A DNA stretch of 64,000 bases, taken from positions 4,156 to 68,155 of the forward strand of contig JAZQDW010000001.1 of NCBI GenBank assembly GCA_045546995.1, in the 5' to 3' direction. The notes under the pieces were generated by a model that worked only from the letters and a program-made list of their open reading frames with translations, was not told where the DNA came from and did not search any database. Numbering within the stretch: position 1 is the first letter of the stretch; each line of letters opens with the position of its first letter. The DNA comes from Eubacteriales bacterium. GTDB taxonomy: Bacteria; Bacillota; Clostridia; Oscillospirales; QAKW01. Made by a program: the position numbers and the translations under genes. This document shows, in pieces, positions 8,601 to 18,101 of this stretch.

Positions 8601-9148
8601 CTATCGTTTAATCATATATTTGATGGCGGAAATAAACTTCCCCTTATAATTTCTGCTTCTGAACTGGGCGGCAGAACTTACGTGCGGAAATTCAAATAAC
8701 GCCGCGTGATATCCGAGATAATGGGTGGCATAGGCACTTAAATACCCGCCGCTGCCCATCGGTGTCGGTTGAACCGACGGAAAATAGGTGAGAAACGCAT
8801 TGCGCAACAACGTTTCATGCGAATGGGAAATGATCTGATTAAACCAACCGTGCACGTCCACCAAATAGCGCGTACTGTGCTTTTTTGCCACGTCCTTTAA
8901 AAACGTATCCAACGCACGGGCCTCCGGCGACGACAGCGCACGAGGACCATTATAGTTCCGACTGTCCGTATGCAACGTGTAGCCGCTGGGGAAAGAACGA
9001 TTGAGATCAATGCCTTTTTTAATCAGGTTGCCGTTGGCATCATAGCTCCATACGGTGCGTCTGCCCGGACCGTTGCAGCAAAAGCCGGCAACGACATCAA
9101 AAGCGCCAGCAATGTCAGCCATAGAACAATCCTTTGAATTTTACGCAT
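8601..9148 (-). pseudogene. M14-like peptidase fragment; signal-peptide exon is frameshifted relative to the domain ORF
   Basis: ATG 9148 has an AAGGAGAAGG RBS and encodes MRKIQRIVLWLTLLALLMSLPAFAATVRA. That frame stops at 9023. The domain ORF (9122..8601) lies in another frame and carries DLNRSFP, VDVHGW and LFEFP motifs but no HxxE zinc motif. Confidence 0.55.
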
Positions 9149-9226
9149 TCATTCCTTCTCCTTTATATACGATACGGCGATTATATCACAAACGCCATAT
9201 TTTGACAATTGTTTTTTCGCTTTTTC

Positions 9227-9255
9227 TTGACTTGTTTATTATAAAAAAATATAAT
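9227..9255 (+). promoter_or_regulatory. sigma-A-type promoter (TTGACT-17-TATAAT)
   Basis: TTGACT at 9227-9232, TATAAT at 9250-9255. Confidence 0.6.
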
Positions 9256-9287
9256 AGAACTATAAAAAGAATCGGGAGGCTGTATTT

Positions 9288-10115
9288 ATGAAATTGCAAT
9301 TTTTAGGCACTGCTGCCGCAGAAGGAATCCCCGCCATTTTCTGCACCTGTGAAACCTGTCGCATCGCCCGCCAAAAAGGCGGCAAAAATATTCGTTCCCG
9401 CTGTCAATCATTGGTGGACGACCGTCTGCTGATCGATTTCGGGCCGGACACCTACTATCACAGTATGCGGGACGGCATTGATCTGACCTACGTTTTCAAC
9501 GTGCTGATCACCCACGTTCACGAGGATCATCTCTATCCCAAAGAGCTCAACTATTATTGCAAAGGTTTTGCCAACCTGCCGGAGGATCACCCAAAATTTC
9601 ATTTTTGGGGCAGTGGCGAAATGGTCAAACAGCTGACTCCCATCGTCGAAAATCCCAAAATGCTCGGTCGGGTGGAGTTGCACGAACTTGCGCCGTTCAC
9701 CCCCACCGTCATTGACAAGTACACAGTCACTGCCCTGCCTGCCTATCACGGTACCGAATCTCCCTATTTTTACATCATCGAGGGAGAGGACAAGACCATT
9801 TTGTACGCCCATGATACCGGCGCCTTCAAGCAGGAGGTATGGGAGTATTTTGCAAAGGCCAAGCCCCATTTTGATCTCATCACCTTTGACTGCACCATGG
9901 GCAATCGCCCCGTCAAGCCCTGCAGCCATCTGGGCTTTGTGGACATCAAGGCCCTGCGGGAAAAGCTGGTGACCGCCGGCTATTCCGACGACAAAACCGT
10001 ATACGTCGCCAACCACTTCTCCCACAATTCTCCCGACGTCAACTACGAGGATCGGGGCGTGTACGAAAAAGAGGGCTACGTGATGAGTCACGACAGCCTT
10101 GTGCTGGAGTTTTAA
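9288..10115 (+). CDS. MBL-fold metallo-hydrolase
   Basis: HxHxDH motif (ITHVHEDHLY), 275 aa, PhnP/beta-lactamase-fold-like. Confidence 0.8.
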   Translation: MKLQFLGTAAAEGIPAIFCTCETCRIARQKGGKNIRSRCQSLVDDRLLIDFGPDTYYHSMRDGIDLTYVFNVLITHVHEDHLYPKELNYYCKGFANLPEDHPKFHFWGSGEMVKQLTPIVENPKMLGRVELHELAPFTPTVIDKYTVTALPAYHGTESPYFYIIEGEDKTILYAHDTGAFKQEVWEYFAKAKPHFDLITFDCTMGNRPVKPCSHLGFVDIKALREKLVTAGYSDDKTVYVANHFSHNSPDVNYEDRGVYEKEGYVMSHDSLVLEF

Positions 10116-12020
10116 ATGAGACCCGGTTACGGCGCACCACCCGGCGCCAAAATGCGGGATAAGCTACGGGCCAAGCCGCCCAAAAATTTACGGGACGTCC
10201 CCCGCTTTTTAAAAGAAACGGTGGGCGGCACCCTGTATCGACTGTTTTACATTTTCCGACTGGTGTGGGAAACCAAGCCCGGGCTGTTGCTCTTCATGGT
10301 CTTTATGTCCATCTACGAGGGCCTGATTCCCTCGGTTACCACGCTGGTTACCTCCAATCTGCTCTACAAGCTGACCCTCAGCTTTACCACGCCGGTCAAC
10401 CTCATCCCGCCGCTGTGCTGGATGTTCGGCATTATCTTTCTCAACTCCATGACCGGCGGCATCAACACCATGGTCACCGAGATCTCCGGCGAGGCAGTGG
10501 CCAATCACATTAAGGTCAAAATTATGAACAAGGCAAAAACGGTGGACGTTGCCTCCTTTGATATGCCCGACTTTTACGAACGGTTGGAAAACGCCAACCG
10601 CGAGGCAGGAATGCGCCCCATCCACATTTTGCGTTCCGCCTTTTCCCTGGTCAGCAAGATCATTTCGATCATCGCCTATCTGGGAATATTAGCCGGATTT
10701 ACCGGACGGTTGCCCAATGAGAGCTATTGGTTTTTTGCCCTGTTTTTGCTGGTCTCCCTGGCCAGCGCAACGGTCAGCTTTTATTTCCGCCGCAAAAAAC
10801 ACGATTATATGTTCCGCCGTTCCAAGGACCGTCGACAGCTGAGCTATTACAGCGATATGATGGTATCCAAGGATCTGGTCAAAGAGGTTCGTCTGTTTGA
10901 CCTGTCCGATCTGCTGATCGGCCGCTATCGCCACGTTTTTAAGGGATATTACAAGGGACTCAAGCGTATCATTGTCGGAGAAGGGGCGTGGAATATTTTT
11001 CTCTCCCTGCTGTCCGCCGTGCTCAACGGCATCCTGTTTTATTTGGTAGCCACCAACATCTCCCGTATTGACGATTACAACAACTATACCGGCGCTCTCA
11101 ACGCCATTTCCTCCGGACTGACGGCATTGATCAGCACCACCGCCGGTATTTATGAAGGCTCGTTGTTCATTGACAATCTCATTCTGTTTATGAAGGAAAA
11201 ACAGACGGTTGTTTCCACGCTGGACACCCCACGTCTGCCCGAGACACGCAAAGGGCATACCATTGAACTGCGAAACGTCTCCTTCCGTTATCCCGGCACC
11301 CAAAAGGACGTGCTGAAAAACCTGAACTTTACCTTCCACGCCGGTGATACCGCCGTACTGGTCGGTCTCAACGGCGCCGGTAAGACCACCCTTATCAAGC
11401 TGATCACCCGTCTGTACGATCCCACCGAGGGACAAATTTTACTGGACGGACACGATATCAGAGAATATGATCTGCAAGCATTATACCGTCTGTACGGCAT
11501 CATCTTCCAGGATTTCGGTAAGTATGCCGAAACGGCGGGTACCAACATTTCCTTCGGTCAGGTAGATCTGCCGCCGGAGGAACAGCGGATCGTGGAGGCG
11601 GCCACCGCCAGCGGCGCAGATGAGTATATCACCGCCCTGCCCCTGCAATATGACACCCCGTTGACCCGTTATTTTGAGGAAACAGGCATCGAGCTATCCA
11701 TCGGTCAATGGCAAAAGTTGTCCATTGCCCGCGCCTTTTATTCCGAGGCGGATATTTTGATCCTGGACGAGCCAACCGCCTCGCTGGACCCCCTTGCCGA
11801 GCAGGAGATCTACAACCAGTTTGACCGCCTGCGGGCAGACAAGACCAGCGTGTTCGTTTCCCACCGTCTTTCCTCTGCCACCACCGCCGACGTCATCGTC
11901 GTGCTGGAAAACGGTGAGATCGTAGAAAGCGGTACCCATCAACAGCTGATGGAGCAAGGCGGTAAATACCATCATTTGTTCACCACCCAGGCTGCCCGCT
12001 ATCAGCAGGGCGCAAAATAA
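10116..12020 (+). CDS. ABC transporter, fused permease/ATP-binding protein (exporter type)
   Basis: The ATG directly abuts the upstream TAA. Six-TM N-terminal half. Walker A GLNGAGKTT, Walker B ILILDEPTASLD, H-loop VSHRL. The signature is the variant LSIGQWQK. Confidence 0.9.
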   Translation: MRPGYGAPPGAKMRDKLRAKPPKNLRDVPRFLKETVGGTLYRLFYIFRLVWETKPGLLLFMVFMSIYEGLIPSVTTLVTSNLLYKLTLSFTTPVNLIPPLCWMFGIIFLNSMTGGINTMVTEISGEAVANHIKVKIMNKAKTVDVASFDMPDFYERLENANREAGMRPIHILRSAFSLVSKIISIIAYLGILAGFTGRLPNESYWFFALFLLVSLASATVSFYFRRKKHDYMFRRSKDRRQLSYYSDMMVSKDLVKEVRLFDLSDLLIGRYRHVFKGYYKGLKRIIVGEGAWNIFLSLLSAVLNGILFYLVATNISRIDDYNNYTGALNAISSGLTALISTTAGIYEGSLFIDNLILFMKEKQTVVSTLDTPRLPETRKGHTIELRNVSFRYPGTQKDVLKNLNFTFHAGDTAVLVGLNGAGKTTLIKLITRLYDPTEGQILLDGHDIREYDLQALYRLYGIIFQDFGKYAETAGTNISFGQVDLPPEEQRIVEAATASGADEYITALPLQYDTPLTRYFEETGIELSIGQWQKLSIARAFYSEADILILDEPTASLDPLAEQEIYNQFDRLRADKTSVFVSHRLSSATTADVIVVLENGEIVESGTHQQLMEQGGKYHHLFTTQAARYQQGAK

Positions 12021-12039
12021 CCTTTTTTAAGGAGGCCAT

Positions 12040-12861
12040 ATGAAGCTTAAGATCACTCTATTTGTTTTGATCCTCATATTGGTATTGACCGCAGCAGGTG
12101 TGGGAATGTACTATTCCCTGCCCTATCGGTATGACAATGCAGACGAATATATCTGCGGCGATGCAGAAGTCACCGCCGAGGATATCACGGCCGTACGCAT
12201 CCACTGGCTGTTCGGTCATATCACCATGGAGCAGTATGACGGCGACACCATTTCGCTGAAGGAAGAAAAGGCGCCCGAAGCCGAGGGTGAAAAGATGTGG
12301 TACCGTACCGCCGACGGGGTGCTGGACATTCGTTTTTGCAAAAGCGGCACCATGGCCCGGGGCGCGCAAAAGCAGCTGACCCTGATGATCCCCCGACAAC
12401 TGAAACCGGATCTGACCGTGTTTACCCGCACAGCCAATATTATGGTACGGAGCGGCAGTTTCCGCAACGTCACCGTCTTTAACGACACCGGCCTGACCCG
12501 TATGCTCAGCGCCTCAGCCGACCGCATCACCTGCAAGACCGACAGTGGCAGTGTCAATTTCCACGGTACCATGAACAGCGGCAAGTTTGAGACTGTCAGC
12601 GGCAATCACGCTCTGACCTATCTCAACACTCCCGAAAAGCTGGAATTTTATTCCGTCGACGGGCTGATGCAATTGGCCCTGCCCCCCGAGGCCACCTTCC
12701 GCGCCGCTTTCTACACCAAGGACGGCAGCCTGACCTCCGGCTTTAAGGGCACGGTGGAGGAAAACATCCTGACCGTGGGTGACAAGCCCACCGCCAAGAT
12801 GGACATCGTCACCGTCAGCGGCGATCTGGAGATCAACAAAACCAAGGTTCGCGGGAAATAA
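12040..12861 (+). CDS. DUF4097-like beta-strand-repeat protein with N-terminal membrane anchor
   Basis: TM helix ITLFVLILILVLTAAGVGMYY followed by a repetitive beta-rich region. Family assignment is from memory. Confidence 0.55.
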   Translation: MKLKITLFVLILILVLTAAGVGMYYSLPYRYDNADEYICGDAEVTAEDITAVRIHWLFGHITMEQYDGDTISLKEEKAPEAEGEKMWYRTADGVLDIRFCKSGTMARGAQKQLTLMIPRQLKPDLTVFTRTANIMVRSGSFRNVTVFNDTGLTRMLSASADRITCKTDSGSVNFHGTMNSGKFETVSGNHALTYLNTPEKLEFYSVDGLMQLALPPEATFRAAFYTKDGSLTSGFKGTVEENILTVGDKPTAKMDIVTVSGDLEINKTKVRGK

Positions 12862-12872
12862 ACGTTCCATCT

Positions 12873-12910
12873 AAAACGGTCGTCACTGTATTAGTGACGG
12901 CCGTTTTTTG
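12873..12910 (+). terminator. Rho-independent terminator
   Basis: ACGGTCGTCACT-gtatt-AGTGACGGCCGT stem followed by T6. Confidence 0.75.
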
Positions 12911-12916
12911 TTCTAC

Positions 12917-12956
12917 TTGCAATAAAAAAAGCTTTGTGGTATAATCGATACAAAGC
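12917..12956 (+). promoter_or_regulatory. promoter (TTGCAA-17-TATAAT, TGg) with the -10 element inside a 7-bp inverted repeat
   Basis: TTGCAA at 12917-12922, TATAAT at 12940-12945. GCTTTGT (12931-12937) and ACAAAGC (12950-12956) flank the -10. Confidence 0.55.
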
Positions 12957-13008
12957 AGATCCCCACGTTGGGTTTGCCTTTATTTTTGTATTAAGGGAGG
13001 GGTAATTT

Positions 13009-13374
13009 ATGCATTTACTGGAATCGGGCGAAATGTATCTGGAGACTATTTGGGTCCTCTCCCGTAAGCAGCCCCGTGTTCGTTCCATCGACGTCAGTGA
13101 ACATATGGGATTTTCCAAGCCCAGCGTCAGCCGCGCCATCGGCATCCTGAAAAAGGGCGAATATATCACCGTGGCCGAGGATGGCGGCATCCGCCTGACC
13201 GAGGCGGGAAAAGCCGTGGCGGAAAAAATTTACGAGCGGCATACGGTGTTGACAAACTTGCTCATCAAGTTAGGCGTGGACGAGGCCACTGCCGCCGAGG
13301 ACGCCTGCAAAATGGAGCACGATATTTCCGATCAAACGCTGGCCGCCATTAAGGCCTTTGTAACAGAAAAATAA
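13009..13374 (+). CDS. DtxR/MntR-family metal-dependent transcriptional repressor (short form)
   Basis: MHLLESGEMYLETIWVL...SKPSVSRAIGILKKGEYI winged HTH plus the ERHTVLTNLLIKLGVDEATAAEDACKMEH dimerisation/metal region. 121 aa. Confidence 0.85.
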   Translation: MHLLESGEMYLETIWVLSRKQPRVRSIDVSEHMGFSKPSVSRAIGILKKGEYITVAEDGGIRLTEAGKAVAEKIYERHTVLTNLLIKLGVDEATAAEDACKMEHDISDQTLAAIKAFVTEK

Positions 13375-13379
13375 ATACG

Positions 13380-13414
13380 AAAACGGCATCTCCCAAAAGG
13401 GAGATGCCGTTTTT
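13380..13414. terminator. bidirectional terminator
   Basis: CGGCATCTCCC-aaaa-GGGAGATGCCG stem flanked by an A-run and T5. Confidence 0.75.
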
Positions 13415-13471
13415 AAGCGGTTTTTTCGTTGCGGAGCACTGTCCGATGCCGTTTTTCGTTATAAAATTCGT

Positions 13472-15688
13472 TTACATCATAAGTTGGCCATCAATATGCT
13501 CGTAATGAAGCATATAAGGATAATTGCGTACAAAGTTGTAAATAATGGTGGCAACCTCCGCACGGGTAGCGTTGCCCTGCGGATTAAAGACGTAGCCGCT
13601 ACCGCTCTTCACACCGTTGATGATGCCGCCCTGCTGGCAGGCCGCAACGGAAGATTTTGCCCATTTCGAAATCTTACTTGCATCCTTAAATTTCACAGCG
13701 GGGGTATCGTTGCGCAGACCCAGGCCGATGTACTGAATGAATTTTTCCATCATCACGCAGATCTGTTCGCGGGTGATATTGGCATTGGGAGCAAAACTGT
13801 TGGCAGTGACACCACTGACAATACCCACCTTGTTGGCCCAACGTACGTAACCGGTGTAGTATTGATTCTTCTTAACGTCTTTAAACTTGGTAGCCGTCTT
13901 GTGATCCACGTCAACGCCGCCAAGTCTGCCCAAAACGGTCACGAACATACCGCGGGTCATACTTTCGTTGGGAGAAAACTTGGTATCGGAGGTGCCGGCG
14001 AAGAGCTTGCTGTTAAAGGCAAAGTTGACCTCGTCGTAATACCAGTCTTTTTTCTTGATATCAGTAAACTGTTTGGTAACGTCCTTTTGGACGGGCAGTT
14101 TATCAACAACAGTCCAATCTGTTTCACCACACTTGGTGCAAATCACATAGATCTCACCGGGGGTGATGGTGGTGGGGGCAAGAATGCCGTCCTTTTTCCA
14201 CTCATGCTGATCGGGAGCGCAAGGAGCTGCATAGCCCGGTCCCTCGTTGGAAATCGTAAAGGAATAATTTCCGCCAATGGCGCCGGAGGCCTCAATGGTA
14301 TAGGTCTGGCCGGCGATCAGGGAATACCCGTAGCCGTCAGCGCTCGGCATATTGATCCAAGCGCCGGAGTAGGCGACGTTCTCTACCTCAATATAATAAA
14401 CGCCGCTGGTTTCAGGCGTGAAATCAAACAAAAAGGTGTCTTGTGCCGCCGTGGGACTGAATTTGTGCGGACCGGGACCGGTGATCTCGGGAACATCCAC
14501 TACACGAACGGTAAAGGTACATTTCATTCCCTGGGGATTCTCAGCGGTAATGGTGGCAGTACCTTTTTTCAGCAGACGCAGTTCATCATCGGCTACCTCC
14601 ACGACCGTTTCATCGGAAGAGGTATACGTAATGTTTTTGAAATCCACCGAAGCGTTGACTTGGCTGGGCTCAATACCGGGATAGATTTCCGTATGCGCAT
14701 ATCCCACGTATTCGTTTACCTCCGGCTTAATGCCGCCGGTGGTAACACCTTCCAGCAGGCCAACCTCTAACATACCGGGACCAAAGTATCCCTGCATCAC
14801 AATATAAACCAGATCGTTCTTTTGCAGTTCCATATAGCAGATCTTTGTATCAGCGGTATACCAAGATCTACCGACGTCATCGCCATTTTCGGGATCGTAC
14901 ACAATGAAGTCAACCGGTGCTCCGATTTGCATATCGACTTTCATATAAAAAACGTAGTTGCCGTCGGCAGGGGCCTTAAAGGCATAGGTGGGAAGCGTTC
15001 TGTTGGTCAAGGAAATCTTAAAGGTGTCCCCCACCTTGATGGATGTGGTGGGAACGACGGTAATCTTAACGCTGTCTCTCAACCCGTTTTCGGAAGTTGC
15101 CGTCAGGGTGGCGGTGCCGGGAGCCATGGCAAAGCAACTCCAACCATCCGTATCAACCACGTCTTTATTGGAGGAGGAATAGGTTACGTCCACCTCATAG
15201 CTTTTTTCCGGAAAAAAGACCGGCTCGAAACCGAAATTGGCGCCCACGTTGACCTGCAAATTGGTTTTTTCTTCAAAGGCCTCCATTCCGGTGGGTTCTA
15301 CCATCTTGTAGAGGGTTACTTTCATGCTGCCGGTGCCGGCGCTGTAACATCTGGCGCGCAGCGTATACTGAACACCGGCGGTAAGCTCGGCGCTGGCGAG
15401 GAAATTATTGTCTTCGCTATCATCGTCACTGCGTACCAGTTCTTCTGAACCTTCATAAATATAACCCAAGGGATCACCTGAATTATCAAAGGACTCAAAA
15501 CCATAATAGCCCGTTTGGGTAGGCGTGAAATAAAAGTCCACATACTCGCCGGAAGCGGTAATATTTACGTCCTTGGTGTCCCCCGGCGCGATGGTGTCCG
15601 GCTGCGCAGCGTTTGCCGCCAAGGGCAACATGCCACAGAGCATCACCAGCGCCATACACAACGTAAGGATTCTCCATCTTTTCTTCAT
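13472..15688 (-). CDS. SLH-domain cell-surface protein with Big_2 and PPC-like modules
   Basis: Signal peptide MKKRWRILTLCMALVMLCGMLPLAANA. Big_2-like segments (YSSSNKDVVDTDG..GTATLTATSENG, YTSSDETVVEV..GTATITAEN). Three C-terminal SLH repeats (FTDIKKKDWYYDEVNFA.., FKDVKKNQYYTGYVRWA.., FKDASKISKWAKSSVAA..). Confidence 0.85.
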   Translation of the reverse strand: MKKRWRILTLCMALVMLCGMLPLAANAAQPDTIAPGDTKDVNITASGEYVDFYFTPTQTGYYGFESFDNSGDPLGYIYEGSEELVRSDDDSEDNNFLASAELTAGVQYTLRARCYSAGTGSMKVTLYKMVEPTGMEAFEEKTNLQVNVGANFGFEPVFFPEKSYEVDVTYSSSNKDVVDTDGWSCFAMAPGTATLTATSENGLRDSVKITVVPTTSIKVGDTFKISLTNRTLPTYAFKAPADGNYVFYMKVDMQIGAPVDFIVYDPENGDDVGRSWYTADTKICYMELQKNDLVYIVMQGYFGPGMLEVGLLEGVTTGGIKPEVNEYVGYAHTEIYPGIEPSQVNASVDFKNITYTSSDETVVEVADDELRLLKKGTATITAENPQGMKCTFTVRVVDVPEITGPGPHKFSPTAAQDTFLFDFTPETSGVYYIEVENVAYSGAWINMPSADGYGYSLIAGQTYTIEASGAIGGNYSFTISNEGPGYAAPCAPDQHEWKKDGILAPTTITPGEIYVICTKCGETDWTVVDKLPVQKDVTKQFTDIKKKDWYYDEVNFAFNSKLFAGTSDTKFSPNESMTRGMFVTVLGRLGGVDVDHKTATKFKDVKKNQYYTGYVRWANKVGIVSGVTANSFAPNANITREQICVMMEKFIQYIGLGLRNDTPAVKFKDASKISKWAKSSVAACQQGGIINGVKSGSGYVFNPQGNATRAEVATIIYNFVRNYPYMLHYEHIDGQLMM

Positions 15689-15724
15689 AAACTTCTCTCC
15701 TTTACTAATAGTTTTGTTAATTTA

Positions 15725-15754
15725 ATTATAAATGCAATTAGTAACAATTGTCAA
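15725..15754 (-). promoter_or_regulatory. sigma-A-type promoter (TTGACA-18-TATAAT) for 13472..15688
   Basis: On the minus strand, TTGACA at 15754-15749 and TATAAT at 15730-15725. Confidence 0.55.
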
Positions 15755-15764
15755 TAATTTTTTA

Positions 15765-15801
15765 TGAAAAAATTACTCCGCGACAAGATTTGCCGCGGAG
15801 T
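15765..15801 (-). terminator. Rho-independent terminator
   Basis: ACTCCGCG/CGCGGAGT stem followed on the minus strand by AATTTTTTC. Confidence 0.6.
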
Positions 15802-15809
15802 CAGATGCC

Positions 15810-17861
15810 TTAGAATTTTAAGAGATTGATGAACAGACCGCCCTGCACCGTTCTGGCCTGGAAGCCGCGATGCACGGGAAGAGAGGTGAAATACCAATCG
15901 GTAAAGGGTACGCGATCCTCGGTTTCGGTAAGGAAGGCCGCCATTTCTTTACAGATCTGATCAAAATATTCTTTGTCATCAAAGAGCATGGTGGACCACA
16001 TCTGCCAGTCACTCTTGGTGTAATCCGAGCGATTGTCCAGCGGCAGGCCGTAGCCGTTGAATTTGGTCTTATAATAGGCCAATTCCGTATCGTAAACCTT
16101 TTGGGGGAAGAGACCCAGTCGGAATATCTTATCCCATACCATATTATATTTTACGCTCCAGGTGTCCTCCTGATCAAAGGCCAGGCGGTAATGATCGCCA
16201 TTATCCGCAGCCTTGACCCATTTGGCGGCAAACTCTTCCGCCTTTTGACGGTAGAAGGCGCCGTCCTTGCCCACGGCCTTACACATCTCAGCAAAAAGCG
16301 CCAGACCCACGATGCCCTTAACAGACAGGTTACAGTTGTGCGCCAGATGACCGGCAAAGTCGTCGGTGCAGAGCTGATTGTCAGGATCGTAATCCACCTT
16401 TACAAGATAATCCGCCCACTGCTTGAGAATATCAAAATGCTTAACAAAATAGCTGTGATCCTTGCGCTTGGCGCACATAGTGGCCACGCAGATGAGCATA
16501 TTGCCGCATTCCTCTACAGGCATCTGCTTGGCCAGCGGATCGCTGTCTTTGGACTTAAAACCGTAGATCTGCTTGTTGGCCAAGGGATACTGACCCACGT
16601 CGTGAGGCGCAAATTCGTAATCCCACAAGCCCTTTTCCACCAGCTTGAAGATGGGATTGAGCATACCCTCCACCAGATCAGGATTGTAGATCAGGAACAA
16701 CGGAATGGACGGATAGGTCACGTCCACCGTACCAATACAGCCGTTGGAATAGTTTTCCTTGGAGAAGAACTGAATCTCCCCATTGTGCCAGGTACATTTA
16801 TGACCGGCGATGGTTTGACGATAAGCGGCGCAAAGGATGTTTTTATAATCCTCGCCCAGCGCCAGCGCCTTTTGACACAGATCGGCATCAAAGGCATCCG
16901 CCTTTTCTTTCAGCAGATCGTGCTCGGCTACGGCTTTGGCGGCGATCTCGTCAAAGGTCTCGCCGTCCTTGCGCCAATAGGCCTCAATATTCTCACCGAA
17001 ATACTGAATGGATTTTACGTCGTCATAGCCGACGCACAAAAAGCCGCTCTCACTATCTGTAAGGGTGATCGCCTTGTCAGCGCAAAGCAAGGGGTCATTG
17101 TCCCAAATGGCCATTTTACTGCCAACGGGAATGGGCTGATTTGCCTCGGGGCGCAGACGCTCGCCACCATTTTCTCTTCTGTAAGCGCCGGGATAGTCCA
17201 TAGGAACGCCCACGGTATATTTGCGGTCTCCCACATAGTCCTTACGGATATTGTCACTTCTGCCGGAGAAGAGATAGGCGTCCGTTTCAAATCCGGGAGC
17301 GATGAGATGAAGGGTACCCCACTCGATACGGTGATCGTCACCGCTGCGCTTGAGCATCATATCAGTACCCATCGAGGCGGTCACGGAATAATCGGTACGA
17401 CCCAGCGTAACCTCCTGATCGTAGGTGTTGACGGCCAGTTCGGCAGCCACGTCAAAGAACAGTTTGATCTCGTGCGTTTTACCGTCCATCGCAGTCAGGG
17501 TATAATCAATATAGGAAATGGGACGGCTCATCACTTTTAAGTCGTCCATCAGCAGGGGCGTCATAAAGGACAGCTTAAGCTGTACACCCGCCGCCTCGAA
17601 AACGTAGTTGGTGGTCAGGGGCAAAATCTCCATACTCTTTTGCTCCATGGGCGGAAATTGCGTCTGATAGCGGTTGCCGGTTTGCATCTTACCCATAAAA
17701 CGGTACAACTTACCGTCGATGGCTATGGTGCCGCTCATATAGTGACGTTGATTGGTCCAATGATAGGTGGTATCGTCATACAGACGATCACTGTTGGACC
17801 AAACGCTGAAATAGGGATCAACGGCAATCAACGGGATTGCAGGGGCTCTGAAGTTTTTCAT
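15810..17861 (-). CDS. glutaminase-like DUF4965/DUF1793 family protein (probable glycoside hydrolase)
   Basis: 683 aa. N-terminus MKNFRAPAIPLIAVDPYFSVWS and overall pattern match the fungal-glutaminase-like family from memory. GGAGGT sits 7 nt before ATG 17861. The track start at 17876 lies inside the RBS. Confidence 0.7.
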   Translation of the reverse strand: MKNFRAPAIPLIAVDPYFSVWSNSDRLYDDTTYHWTNQRHYMSGTIAIDGKLYRFMGKMQTGNRYQTQFPPMEQKSMEILPLTTNYVFEAAGVQLKLSFMTPLLMDDLKVMSRPISYIDYTLTAMDGKTHEIKLFFDVAAELAVNTYDQEVTLGRTDYSVTASMGTDMMLKRSGDDHRIEWGTLHLIAPGFETDAYLFSGRSDNIRKDYVGDRKYTVGVPMDYPGAYRRENGGERLRPEANQPIPVGSKMAIWDNDPLLCADKAITLTDSESGFLCVGYDDVKSIQYFGENIEAYWRKDGETFDEIAAKAVAEHDLLKEKADAFDADLCQKALALGEDYKNILCAAYRQTIAGHKCTWHNGEIQFFSKENYSNGCIGTVDVTYPSIPLFLIYNPDLVEGMLNPIFKLVEKGLWDYEFAPHDVGQYPLANKQIYGFKSKDSDPLAKQMPVEECGNMLICVATMCAKRKDHSYFVKHFDILKQWADYLVKVDYDPDNQLCTDDFAGHLAHNCNLSVKGIVGLALFAEMCKAVGKDGAFYRQKAEEFAAKWVKAADNGDHYRLAFDQEDTWSVKYNMVWDKIFRLGLFPQKVYDTELAYYKTKFNGYGLPLDNRSDYTKSDWQMWSTMLFDDKEYFDQICKEMAAFLTETEDRVPFTDWYFTSLPVHRGFQARTVQGGLFINLLKF

Positions 17862-17948
17862 TGCGGTTACCTCCATTATTTTTTACAATTTGATCTTACC
17901 ACAGAAAGATAAAAAATGCCATACTTTTTGCATTTTTTCGGCTGTTTC

Positions 17949-17977
17949 TTGACATTTTCGGGTCAGGATGTTAGAAT
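17949..17977 (+). promoter_or_regulatory. sigma-A-type promoter (TTGACA-17-TAGAAT) for birA-proBAC
   Basis: TTGACA at 17949-17954, TAGAAT at 17972-17977. The leader to ATG 18102 is about 120 nt. Confidence 0.6.
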
Positions 17978-18101
17978 CACTTTATTATATAATATATAAT
18001 ACGCCCGCACAGCCTCTCTCATTGTACCCAAACCGACGAAAAAATAAAATACCCGTTTATCCTTCGGAATTGACCTTTTCTACTGTTTTAAGGAGTGCGT
18101 T

